Below, one piece after another: positions 1 through 12,001 of a stretch of DNA of 64,000 nt; positions within the stretch are counted from its first letter, which is position 1, and each line of letters opens with the position of its first letter. The DNA lies in the NCBI GenBank assembly GCA_002633005.1, contig NMRA01000160.1, forward strand, positions 524,065-588,064, read 5' to 3'. Origin of the DNA: Phoronis australis (lineage: Eukaryota > Animalia > Phoronida). The notes below the pieces were generated by a model, which made no database searches, was not told the origin of the DNA, and saw only the letters and a program-made list of their open reading frames with translations. Both the position numbers and the translations under genes were made by a program.

Positions 1-3000
1 TTTGGGGTTAATTACCCCAAAGGTCACCACATTACATGAGGGTATTAACCGCATGGTTTGGTGTTATAGGGCTCTGAGGTCAATTGAAGGGGCCCCAAGG
101 ACACCACCTCGGCGTTAGATGTTCTTTCGAGATTCACCGTGGTGTTACCCCCAACGTCGGAAAATAGGACAAGTCAAGGGAAGTGCGAGGAAAACACTAT
201 AGGGGTTATGTAGTTCATCACAGCTGAAGCGTGAAGTACTGAAAGAACATCCAAGATAATTTAAGATGCGGATCCAATCTAAAATTGACCCGATCTCCAC
301 GTAATGAAGACGCTGTCGACAAAAAGTCGTCCCGTGATCAAGTATGTCGTGAAGCCTGATTGACGTGTTGGTTGCAACGTATTTTCCATCTCGGTTGTAT
401 TATTAACGAAGTTAAGGCAATGCAGGGCCTTAGCAACGAGTCGCTGTATTTAGCCAAATATTTATAAAACTGTAGATGTTAACTCAGTTAAAGTTTGTAT
501 TTCCTGAAAGTGGAAAGCCTCAGTGTAGGATTTTATTTTTGACTTGTAAATTTTCAAGATGGCATCTCAAAAACGTTGTTACACTTCTCTAAAATATCAT
601 TTTCGTTTAATGCAACTTTCGATTTTTTTCACGAAAATCATATTAAGAATAGGCCTACTAATGTACTTGTATACTGTATTGTTTATTGTGTCGTGTGAAT
701 TGTAAATACCCATGCTAGAGAAAATAAAAATACTTAGCCGAAAAAAAACAAAAAAAAGAATAGGCCTACTATTTTTATAACCCCTCGTGTAAAATAAAAA
801 CAAGACGTTTTAAAAACAATTCCTGATACTGTATTTTAGTGCAGTTCGTAAAGCATATAGTATATGACAGTTTCACATGCTTCTGGTTTTCAATTTCTGA
901 TATTTGACGTTCCGAAGTTAGCTAAATTTCCAGTGCATTTTCTAGGGTCCTACGTAGCGATAAGTGTCCAGCTGTTACAGCAACTGGACAATATCACGGA
1001 ACTTCGGTTTCGTTTTCTCTAAAGATGCTTTCTCGATACCTTAATATGAAAATTATCTCTTGTTTCCCAACTACGGGCGCGTTTCGGTATCCTGGGCCTA
1101 CCGCGATCATGGGTAAATCTCACGAGAGTATTGTGTGCCGTTATTTATGCAAGTTTAATATGGGTGAACGAAGGACCCAATGTCAGCCGAGAGATTGAAA
1201 ACGACTAAAAGTTAATTTAAGGGAGTGTCAGCCCAATTTCCCAAGAAGCCACAAAGAAGTGGTTGTATTATGACATTAATTTCTAAAAAATGATTATTTT
1301 TTATTTCAAATTACAGATTACTGAATTTAGTTTGATTTTTTAGATTAGTTTTTATTTTTGGTGGTGCACCACCGCTTTAAAAGGATACTAAACACTTTTG
1401 ATGATTTAAGCCAATCCTCGTTCTGTCACCTGTTAATGCATCATTGGCGTCAGTCTTAAAGGATAAAAGCAGGAATCAGCTAAAAACTCACACTCCAAAT
1501 GTCAGAGATTGGATATTATGATTCTTGGTGGGTGGTCTTTCCCCACATTTGCCATGTCGCTAATAGCGTAGGTCACGCTTACTCTTTTGGCAGACTTTGA
1601 AAAGAGTTTTCAAAATGTCCTCCAAACTTTTGAGGGTTGTATGGGGTTATAGAAAATTATTTTGTTTCAGAGAATTGGATATATGAGTCGTTTTTAATAT
1701 CTGTTAATAGGCCAAAACAGGAAATGGTATCCTTTTAAATGGCTGTCGTAGGTCAGTGAATAACAACTGACTCCTGCATTATGGGTAATCTGTACCGTCG
1801 TTCTTATTCTATTGATCAAAAAGTTTGAGAACAAAAACTATGGTTGCTTGCGTTTTTATCCCAGATTTCTTAGAATGAAACAGCAATGCCCGGAAAAATT
1901 ACGCGGCGAATGCATTCTTGCGCCGATTGTCTAACGGAACCCAGGTTCTTTGTTTTTCGAGTGGCCATCTTAGTTTACGAAATCTTTGATATCTATTTCC
2001 ATTATGCAGGCGTGAACTCATTCCCCACCGGCAGTTGAGATCCACTCCAGGAACTGCCCTTTGGCAGTTCACGTCCGCCTTAGACGGATTCGGAACAATT
2101 CCGTTTCCAAACTACTCAACAAAGTAAGCATACCATCTGTTTTGGTCCTATTTGAAAAAAATGCACAATTCATACAGTAATACAAGTGCGCTTCCTCTGC
2201 GGAATCTCGAATGGGCAAAAGACAGTGCTGTATTCAACTGCACATGGCCACAGCTTATTGCCAACAGTTGTGGTAAGTGTAAAATTCTTGGAAATTTGAT
2301 TTTACTGTAATCTTAGTTAGTTTCGTCCTAGTATGAAAGAATGTGTCTTTAAGAACGAGAAAACGCAAGTAAAATATAAAAGTTAAACATTACTGATAAA
2401 TTAGTGACGGTTCACGATTTCAAGGAGTATCATAAGATGAGATTGAAATTTTAAGAGGAATGTTTCTGGCACCTTTCATTTGATCGAGTTTCCTATTATT
2501 ATGCTGGCAGTAGGTTACAAGTGTAAAAACACAAAAAATGAAGCATCACCTGTCATTAACTTGAAGCGACCCTATTTTGGACGAAATAGCTAACTCTGTC
2601 AAAAGGTATCATAATGCCGCTTTTTCGTCCATTTTATTTGTTGACGCCACGAATGTGTTCGGGCAGGGAGTCCTGTTTTAAAGGTTGAAATGTTTTGGAC
2701 ATATTTTTGCATGTTTGGCAATTTTCCGTTTAGGGAGTGATAAATTCTACTTTAAGATGAGTATCACTGGATAACAGAGGTATAAAATTTACTACACACA
2801 TGTAGTTCAGACTGGTAGGAGAATTAATTTCGTGACTGCAATTGTTTTGTCGTAAGGAGGAATGGAATCCACCTTTCTCAAACTATTCATTTTGTGACTC
2901 TCGTATGTAGCTGAACTTTTTCTTAAAATCGGGTTCTTTCTAGGTATAAAAATTCCTTAATACGATCTGCATCAGACCCTGTCAAGAATAAACACGAGCA

Positions 3001-5078
3001 TGAATGAAGAAATGTGTGCGCTTGTTGAATTTCTTCTAAATTAAGGGTTGAAGCGGAAGCTGAGTTTACTTTTTTGAGTGATTTGTTTGATTCTGAAGTT
3101 TCTGTGACTAACATGAACGGCTTGACTACCCAGGTTTTGGAACAATTGGTAATCACCGTGTAGGGGGGAGACCCAAGCTGAAGGGCACTAATCACAAGTA
3201 TATATCTCACCGTTGCAATATCGGACTACTGACATCACATATATATCACGTTACTACTATTTCCAGTCGTAATTTTGCAGTTTTCATGTCAAACACGGTT
3301 TACGTGTGAAATGTTTCTTTTCCGGACTATCTTAATACACAAATCTCCAGAAATGTTCACTTGGTTTCTCTTATCAAGGTTTACATGTACATATTCCAGG
3401 CTTTAAAGAGTAAGCGTCTTTACCTTATTCGGATACTTGTATTTGTTTAACATTATGACAATGTGTTATCCAGCACGATTTTTTGTACACATTAGTTATG
3501 ACATTGTTATGGTTCAAAAGATTTTCCACAGATACTTTCATTGTATTTAATTCATGATTTTTTTAAATAAAGTCGAATCATTCGTGTACGACTGTCTATT
3601 ATAGCGTTTGTGAAATACCGAAATGGCTCCTTTCAACTGCAGGGCGCATGCGCCATTATTCCTGCCCTGTGCCGAGTCGTGTAATTAATGGATGCACGTT
3701 TCAAACATTAAATATATTTTAAGTATATTCACAACGAAACTGACAACTAGTAAAATCAAATATTCAACAACAATCACAATGTGAAAGTGGATAATCAAAC
3801 CAAATAAGCCCTACTCAGTGCTATCTGGCGAGCATTCTTTAACTTAAAGAACAATATCAGAGTGTTTAGGTCCCGGGTATGTCTTCCCATAATCGGTATT
3901 GGGGTGCTGCCGCACATTCAAAATTCCTGAACAATAAAATACCTCGGCGCGGACCGAGAAAATGGGCAACCGCGACAAAACCAAATAATGAAATCCGCCG
4001 TGGTCGCCACTTTTTTCATTTACGCATCCGCAAGGATACCGGGCAGCCGAATTACCCACCCGAGAGACGATACCTGATACCTGAGAGGGGAACATACGCA
4101 CCGTAGTTGAGTCCCCAACCTATAGGAGAGCCCCTGGTTTCCGTGTACATCCTGACCTGCAAGATTTCACTTTTTGATCTATTGCACATATCTCCCTATT
4201 AAACTATTGTCGAATGTACTGGGGAACACTCCTAGTGTAGGAAACTGATTATTTGGTGTTGTCTTACAATATTCCAACACTGATTTCCCAAGGACATAGC
4301 AAGTACTTGTGCAGTTATGAAACTGCGTCGCGTCCAAAATTCACAGGTTCAATAAAAAATGGGTAAACGTTGTTCAAAAGGCACTTGATTCTCATAACAA
4401 AGAAATAATCACATAAATGCTAATTGCAAAAATAAAAACTTCATAACTCGTAGGCCAAAACTGGATGGATTTGTGAATCGTGAACAAAATGTCTGGCTAT
4501 GTCCAAAAGTCCCTAGTTAACTACGGCTTGACCGCCATTTTGCAATGCGCTTCTTTCGTAGTTGACGGCAAAAAGTTTTGGTGACTCCTTGTTTTCCAGA
4601 GCAGTTTCAAGCTGTCCCAGCCAAAACGCGCGTCGTGGTCACTCAATTGGCGTTTTTCTCAATTGTCTCGTATCTGTAATTAATATGTCAGCGCGTCAAG
4701 TCCATCATTGCGTCATTAACTCACTCAGTGGTCGTAGGCTGGTTATTCCCTAATTGGTAGACTCGAATTACATTTACTCCGTCTCTTGATGCTGATGACA
4801 GATATTAATTACTCAGTGTTGCACAGTTTGCGGTTAGACAAAATTACTGGAAATTTCTTTTAACCGAATGAGACTGATATTGTTATGAGCATTTTTTTTT
4901 TCTTGAACGCTGTGCTGTGACCGTTTTCTCCTTAATCTGAATTCAAGGTTTTGATGAAGTTGCCGGTGAGTGCTCCTTTCGAATTTTGGCGCCATTACAC
5001 GTGAATTGTAAGTTCATTTCGCCGTAATTCAATGTCGAGTCATCACCATTGTATGAAATCGTCTGAGACCCATGTTAC

Positions 5079-5903
5079 TTACCAAGAAGTCATATCGTAT
5101 GCTTGATGGTTCAGTCTAGTCTCGTATATTGGCGCGTTTTTGCTAATGTTGTACATGTGTTGCGCCGTCTGTTCTTGTGCGCTGTGCGTGGGCCCAAGAC
5201 CACCTGCTGCAGAATTAAAGTACGCCGAGTATGGATAGCCAAGACTAGTGGTTGGAGTCATTGGCACGTATCCTATGTTATATCGGTAACTTATGGGCAT
5301 CTGACTGACGTTCACCTCGGAACGCTGACTGTTGCGCTTGGCACGTCTTCTGGCGTGCCTCCGACGAAAGTCCCCTTTTATGAAGTCCTCGATACAAGCA
5401 GGGTGAATGGACCAGTAGTGACCTTTGCCGTTGTCGGCACGACCGCATTTAATGAAGCACTCGTTCAGAGACAGGTTATGACGGATACTGTTTCTCCAGG
5501 CTTTTTCGTTGTTGTTATAGTACGGGAAATTGTCCATTATGTACTGGTATATGTCATTTAGAAGCATCTTTCTTTCTTTTGAATTGAGGATTGCCATGGA
5601 TATCAAAGCAATGTATGAATGAAACGGTTTCTCTACCCCATGTTTGCCGTCACCGGTGCCATCTAACGTCTCTGGAGGCGCAACTAGACTCTTCTCCAAA
5701 CCCAGTAAAAGGCTGTTCACATCGCGATGGCCGCTCCTGTCTTCCCTTGTACATTGGTCCGACATTCCTCTTGGAGACACTGGTTGCGGTTTTGGTAAGT
5801 GTTGAAACTTGAGGCCACCGAAAGAGGGTGGTAGACACACCTGTCTGTGGTAGTTGGACGACATGTCATCCTGTCCACGTCCCATGCTATGTTGCGCTGT
5901 CAT
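5079..5903 (-). CDS. FoxQ2: Forkhead box transcription factor, FoxQ2 class, single coding exon, 274 aa
   Basis: The ORF contains a complete forkhead domain, KPFHSYIALISMAIL...LLNDIYQYIMDNFPYY...WRNSIRHNLSLNECFIKCGRADNGKGHYWSIHPACIEDFIKGDFRRRHARRR. The GKGHYW-IHP--I-DF--GDFRRR--RRR wing region is typical of FoxQ2. Subclass assigned from motif recognition, not a tree. Confidence 0.9.
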   Translation of the reverse strand: MTAQHSMGRGQDDMSSNYHRQVCLPPSFGGLKFQHLPKPQPVSPRGMSDQCTREDRSGHRDVNSLLLGLEKSLVAPPETLDGTGDGKHGVEKPFHSYIALISMAILNSKERKMLLNDIYQYIMDNFPYYNNNEKAWRNSIRHNLSLNECFIKCGRADNGKGHYWSIHPACIEDFIKGDFRRRHARRRAKRNSQRSEVNVSQMPISYRYNIGYVPMTPTTSLGYPYSAYFNSAAGGLGPTHSAQEQTAQHMYNISKNAPIYETRLNHQAYDMTSW

Positions 5904-8900
5904 TGCTTCGAAACAAAGCGGATCAATCTTTAGCCAACTGGTTTATTTCTACGTCCACTGTTTATGATTCGTAATAATGAAGTGACGTTGATGCAGCCGC
6001 ATTTCGTTTTATCTCTGGATCTGTTACCAGTTCTCGCTTATGATTGGCTCATTTCACGCTACCGTGCGCATTAGCTTAGTGGGTGTCGTGAGCGAGCACG
6101 ATTAGCAATCGTGAAGTATTATACAAGACTTGGCCGTCGATTACTGAAGTTGACACCCTTTATTTTGCTGAATGAGCATACTCGTTTTATAGGGCGCCAC
6201 CACGGGTAGCTAATTGCAACTGCTCTATCTTATCGCTAGCATTACGTTGCAACAATACGAGCTTGCGTCACACTTTACTCTGTTTACATTCTATGAACAA
6301 AACTGTTCATTTGTGTATGTGTGATTTTCACTAATATTGGGTATTTAAAATATTCTAATATTATACTTCTTAAAGATGTGAATATAAAACGGGTTAAGGG
6401 TAACTTTAAACCAATTGTAAAATATATCTGAGTAACAAAATCACAACTTCCTTCACTATATGCTACTGAAATATTTCAAATGAGAAATTTTTGTTTCCAT
6501 TTTAATCTATAATTTTAAAGCATTTCTTTTCTATTTTGTTGTGGATGCGTGAGCAGGTTCTAAAGTTAGTTCTAAGGTCACGACCCGGGGTCCTTTTGAG
6601 GGTGCCAATATTCAGCTATTCTGATAAGCACTCTCTTTTGGACATGGATTCAATCTTCCTCAGAGGAGCTAAGTGAAAAATTTATCTTAAAAGAAAAAAA
6701 TCGCTTTTTTTACATGTAAGTATCAGAATATTCATCTACGTAAACCGTCTAAATATATGCTCACAAGATACATATCGGTAATATCGTAAAAAGTAGCCCT
6801 GTGCGTAGTAATTGTCGCCTGTATGTAAGTATGTTTGCTTGTTTGTATGCTTGTCTGTTTTCTTACTTGCTTGTTCTATTTGTTCGTTAGGTGGAAGACT
6901 GTAAGTGGAACTTTGTTCGCCTCAGTTTGTTGTTACGTGCGAAGACGAGGAATAACGTGAAATGCAATATTGTTTTATATATAAATTGGTCATCGACCCA
7001 CATTACAAATATATAACAAAAGGGAGAGCACAGGATACCTAAACCAATACTAATTTATATCAAGAAAATGATTTCAACTTTTCTCAGCACTAACTAAATA
7101 TTTTTAATTTTTGTTTTTCATGTTATTTATGTCTTGGGTCTGCATCCACTCTATAGCATCTAAGTAAAAACGGAATACTATTTACATTCGAGAAGACAGT
7201 GTATTTCTGATTTCACGTTTCCACTACTGCAGCAGGGTATGTTCTCTCTTCTCTAACAAGAACAATAAACCATATCTTAACTATCATTGGTATATAAACT
7301 CCGTAACGATACGTGAATCGCTATACATTGACGTAACCGGCTGTAACCGATTTATTCTTAAATGACTTGTCTCCGTTTTGATTGAGGCGGTTTGTCTTTC
7401 GCTCTTGGGTTTGAAAGATCACACTGCGTGATCACGTCAAACTTATAAATTATTCAACAGTAGATACACATAGATGTATAAATAATTATAGATGACCTCG
7501 CTGTCCAAAGTCAAATTTTTGCTTACTCCTCTTACAAAATTAGAACAAATCCTAAGTGTTTTGTAGAACAGTGCGTAAGGCAAAGCACCTGACAGTTTAA
7601 TATGAATCGGATCACCATTTCTGAGATATAATGTTCCGATGTTGGACATTTTTCTAGGGTTCTACATAACCTTACACAACCTATACATGTACATTTTTCA
7701 GTTACCCGCACTTGGTGGCATACAACGTTTTGCAAATTGATTTGACTTTCATTAAAAGTGTTTCCACGGCATAGCTTAATACTAAATGGGACGGCTCCCA
7801 CTGCCTGCCTCACGCCAAGGTCTCATTCTAAGCTTTTCGTCAATGGGGGAGCCGATGCCTCGCGCGGATTTGTGTAAATGCTCATTCATTGGAATCAATT
7901 GCTGGTGGGGTATGACACGGCTCATTACCTTGCACAGCGCATGCTCATTACCGACTGTTGTAATAGTCACCATATATTTATTGGTCGTGTGAATTCAGAA
8001 CCTGTCAATCTACAATGCCCTTCCGCTGTATTGTATTGTTACCAGCTCAATGCCCGTGATTACGACCTCTAATTATGTAATATTGACATTGTTGTCATTC
8101 GAGGTAATTTGCGCCCTATTCGTGTCGTCCAGTTGACGCGATTCAGGTATATCGTGATGTCAACAGATAGCGATCATTGGGTGAATCGACTTTTGGAATG
8201 ATTTGCTTAGCGATCTTCAAACGTTTTCCCATAATCTCAAGCAAATACTGTGTTGGGGAAGGAACGAATGTGCAAACTCAATTTAACGAGAGTTTCTTCG
8301 ACCATGGCCTCGAAGAACTCCGTGAACTACAGGAGCTGTCACGTGACGGTTTCCGCTGAAAAGCGCGAACTGTTTGTTAATAACAGGATGTGTGTCGCCA
8401 AACTCGCACGGTTTGACGCGTTAACTATGAGAACACCAAATTTTTAATTGACTTCCAACTTACGTTCCCAAGCTATGCCTGTGTACCAGGAAGTCAATGA
8501 AAGATAGGCAGCTTTTCAGCGAGGATCGTCTGGTAGCCAAGAGGGGACAATAAGTTAATGAACAAAGAACACGAAAAATATAAAATGCAAAGGATGATAC
8601 ATGAAAATAGGCAAATATGAAGTATGAAACATAATGAACCAAAAATTAAAAGAGAGTTTTATTGTTTTAAAGTCTATACGCGCCGGTTTTGGGAGTGGTC
8701 GATGTGGAAGCGATGAAAGCATCAAAACCACCTAAAATTGGGATTTTATCAACAGTGTTGCTATTTTTCTTTGATTTTGCCTGGCCGCGAATGACTGTCC
8801 GTCCGGTCTCTGCCCTCCACCTAGCTGGTCATGATTTATTTCTGTTACTGGAGAAAGGAACACGGTTAATTGGTTGAATTATTTTTTAATTTCAAGGAAA

Positions 8901-10295
8901 AACATTTCATTTTCGTGAAATATTTAGAATAAGTATGTAGTATGATGTATTATATTTTAAGATAATTATATTTTTAATATTTAATAATATTATTCTACCA
9001 TGGTATAATATTTCCTCGCATATTTTGAGAATGTTCAAAGCCATTTTTTGAGGAATAAAACCATCTTTTGGAATATCACCGTGACTTAATTCTAAAACTA
9101 GACTTTTTTGTGGTGTAGATTCAGTTTCGTTGCATTTATTCTGTCATTTTTTTCTGTTAATCTCAGTTTCTGTGAAAGGGGAAAAGCATATTAGCAGTCC
9201 TCAGATGGCCTGTAGCCACCACACAGACGCACATTTAGAGGTGATGCACATTATTTTTTTCAGTGACATCTATACACCATTGTTAAGCTTAATAAGCTTA
9301 CGCTTTGTTTAACTTCGGAGATTCTCACGCATTTTCTCCCAACCATTCATTTTGCAGGTTCTGATTCCAGTTTCCCAGATCACCCTAGACCATTGTTACT
9401 TTGCTGTACTTTGAAATACTGTACTTGACGTTTTCTTGCTCTGCAATAATGTGGAGATCCCGAGATCGATTGACCACTAGGGACGCTGACGAATTGGATT
9501 TTGAAATTTCAGAGGCAAGAGTTCATTTCTCTTAACAACAGATTTTTTCCGAAATATCCTTCGTTATGGAAACATTGAATAACGCTACTCATTCTTAGCT
9601 GTTGTAAGCCAACATAGTATTGACTAAATTTATTTTGACTCGATTTATATGGGCGGATCTCAGACTTTTTGATGGTGTCAGTAAGTGCATGCTGTTCACT
9701 TAAAAGTGTTGAACAATACCGTTCGACCTTCTGCGGTGTTTTGGGGAGATTTTTTTTTTTTTTGATAAAAATATTCCAGTGTGGTCTGCTCTTAGGAGGT
9801 ATGACTCCCTCCTAAGAGCAGTATGGTATGACTTGCAAATATTATTTGCAAGATGACCTGATAAGTCTCCACTATTGGCCAGAATGAATTGTAATTGTTC
9901 ATTTCGTTTACAGCATATAGATTCATGATCAAAGTCCATATTATACACTTGTCACATTTATTGTAATCCTGACATTCACGATAATGCATGCAGAAAATAG
10001 AACATGGTAGGCTGACATGGACCCTCAACTCTGACATTCTCAATGGACGAAATTTGTGAACGAACTCACAAGGTGCAACATCCCTATTCACTAACGGCGC
10101 CTGATGTGATCTCCGGTCTTACTTCCGACGAGTATGTCGTCTGCTCACGATAGATGTTTTTGTGTGGCCAGTTATTTCATTGGGTTGCTAAGTAATGGTC
10201 ATAGAAAGAAAACACTGTTTAACGGGCGTTATCAGCATTCGCCCGGCAAGTGATTTGCGGTACGTTCCTTTCAACCACCGCTGCCGACCAAGGCA

Positions 10296-10358
10296 GAATG
10301 CACGGGACGTTTTAGCCGGAATGCACGGGACGCTTTAGGCGGAATGCACGGGACGCTT
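10296..10358 (+). repeat. 23-bp tandem repeat, about 2.7 copies (gaatgcacgggacgYtttagSCG)
   Basis: Directly visible in the sequence. Confidence 0.85.
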
Positions 10359-10570
10359 AACTTTCTGTATTGTGGTCTTCGACGGAATTCGCGTTACAAC
10401 AAACGGATTAGGATTCCTTTCTCGAATAACATCATTTTAATTATTGTGCAAAACGGCACGAGTTGTTGTTGTCGATTGAAAGAAAGCAAATTGGTGGCAA
10501 AGGCGTTCAGCAAATGTTTTGATTTGCAACTTACAGTTGCTGGACCACGGCCCGTATTAGGGCTAATCTC

Positions 10571-10725
10571 CAGTGGCGGATTTAGAGGGGGGCCGTGCCC
10601 CCCCCCCCCTAAAACTCTCCCAGATTCAATTTGGCAATTGGGGTGTGCGAATGTCTGACGAGCAAAATCCTGGCTAATACTCTGCCCTGCCCACCCCTTA
10701 ACTTAAAATCCTGGATCCGCCCCTG
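10571..10725. mobile_element. Non-autonomous DNA transposon (MITE) with CAGTGGCGGAT...ATCCGCCCCTG termini and a 5-bp TSD
   Basis: Imperfect terminal inverted repeats with perfect ATCTC direct repeats on both flanks. Confidence 0.75.
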
Positions 10726-11509
10726 ATCTCTGTCCGCCAGTCATGACTGGCAGAGTATCTAACTTGGTCGCAGCGCGACCACGCGAATTAATTTCTGAAT
10801 GTACCACGCCGTGGCTCACGCAGGTGAGTTTATAGTCCAAGTTCAGTCGTACTTGATGACCCTTAGATTTGAGGTATAAACTCGAGTAATTATCCATATA
10901 AAAACTAGAGCTTTTGATTACATAGTCATTGCTTACGTACCTTTCAGTGTACAGCTTTTCAACAACAAAAAACACGAAATATTGGCTGAAAAAATGATGC
11001 GTGCGAGCGTTTAGTTGGTGAGGGCATATCTCAAAATGAGTGGTACTATAGACCAGAACGAACTTCGCGTTTTGGCTTCACAGAGCAAAACTGCGGAAGA
11101 ATGTATCTATACGCCTGTTTGCTCACAAGTTCCCTGCAATGGGTCATTTTTCGTGCTCGCTCTCTGACGTCAGGTGTCCTTTTTCTAGCTGCACATGAAA
11201 ATAACCATTTTGTTCATATTTTCCATATGTTTGTGCGACGGCTGACGTGTGAGGATCAGTCCAGATTTTCTAAGTGTCACAATTCACAGCGGACGTACAG
11301 AGCCGAACACGGGTCGGTATCCAAGTGTCAAGATTTTAAAAACTGTATCAAGTTGAATGGGATCCTGGGTGAGCACACTGAGGCACACACAGTTCCTTAG
11401 TTTTTGCATGCACGGCCGGCTTGAAATAAAATTACTTTGCAATCAAATACATACTACAAATCGCCTTCGTTTGTTATGTGAGTGCCAGTGTATAGATTGC
11501 AAGTAAGTC

Positions 11510-11515
11510 TTTATT
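11510..11515 (-). terminator. Polyadenylation signal AATAAA of the 159-aa ORF gene
   Basis: tttatt on the + strand, 6 nt past the TGA. Confidence 0.5.
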
Positions 11516-11521
11516 GGTGGT

Positions 11522-12001
11522 TCAGAAGTCACCACAAAAGCTTTGACGCAATTTTGCTGTAATCACTGGAGGTGCGCTCTGGGGCCTTCGCGATGGTCGG
11601 TCGTGGCGGTCTGACCAGGAAGCATTGGTTTTGAAGTTACAGGTTGTTGGACGTGATGACGACTGCTTGGAAAACGTAGCCACTCCTCTTGGTCCTGTTT
11701 TTCTCGGTGGTGACTTACGTTCATAGTAAAAGGACCGCTTGGGACGGGTTTTGGCGATTTCTTTTTCGTTTTGGATCTCCTCTATTCGCCTGTGTAAACC
11801 ATGCAAAGATGTTTGATACTTCTCTTGATGCGATGACACTGACCGTATCCTTTTATCCGTTTTTCTATCCAGCAAATCCAGTTCCTTCGTGAGAGCTATT
11901 TGTTCCCGTTTGTTGGCGTATCGCTGGCCGTTGCTGAATTCACTTTTCTTGATTGGCCGGTGCATTCTCGTCGTAGCGTTATTGCTTGTATTCAGTGACA
12001 T
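11522..12001 (-). CDS. Uncharacterised 159-aa basic protein with an N-terminal coiled-coil (possibly CCDC190-like) and a C-terminal RPQSAP motif
   Basis: Open frame from the ATG at 12001 (MSLNTSNN...). Heptad-like segment NKREQIALTKELDLLDRKTDKRIRSVSSHQEKYQTSLHGLHRRIEEIQNEKE. A pyrimidine-rich acceptor (ttctcatttcttacatttttAG) ends at 12099 upstream, and AATAAA lies at 11510-11515 just after the stop. The family resemblance is inference only. Confidence 0.6.
   Translation of the reverse strand: MSLNTSNNATTRMHRPIKKSEFSNGQRYANKREQIALTKELDLLDRKTDKRIRSVSSHQEKYQTSLHGLHRRIEEIQNEKEIAKTRPKRSFYYERKSPPRKTGPRGVATFSKQSSSRPTTCNFKTNASWSDRHDRPSRRPQSAPPVITAKLRQSFCGDF

Noticed and set aside
5103-5812. Plus-strand ORFs overlapping FoxQ2
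   Set aside because: Antisense shadows of the real coding sequence.
10296-10358. Repeated 23-mers as a CRISPR-like array
   Set aside because: Contiguous tandem units without spacers in eukaryotic DNA, so an ordinary minisatellite.
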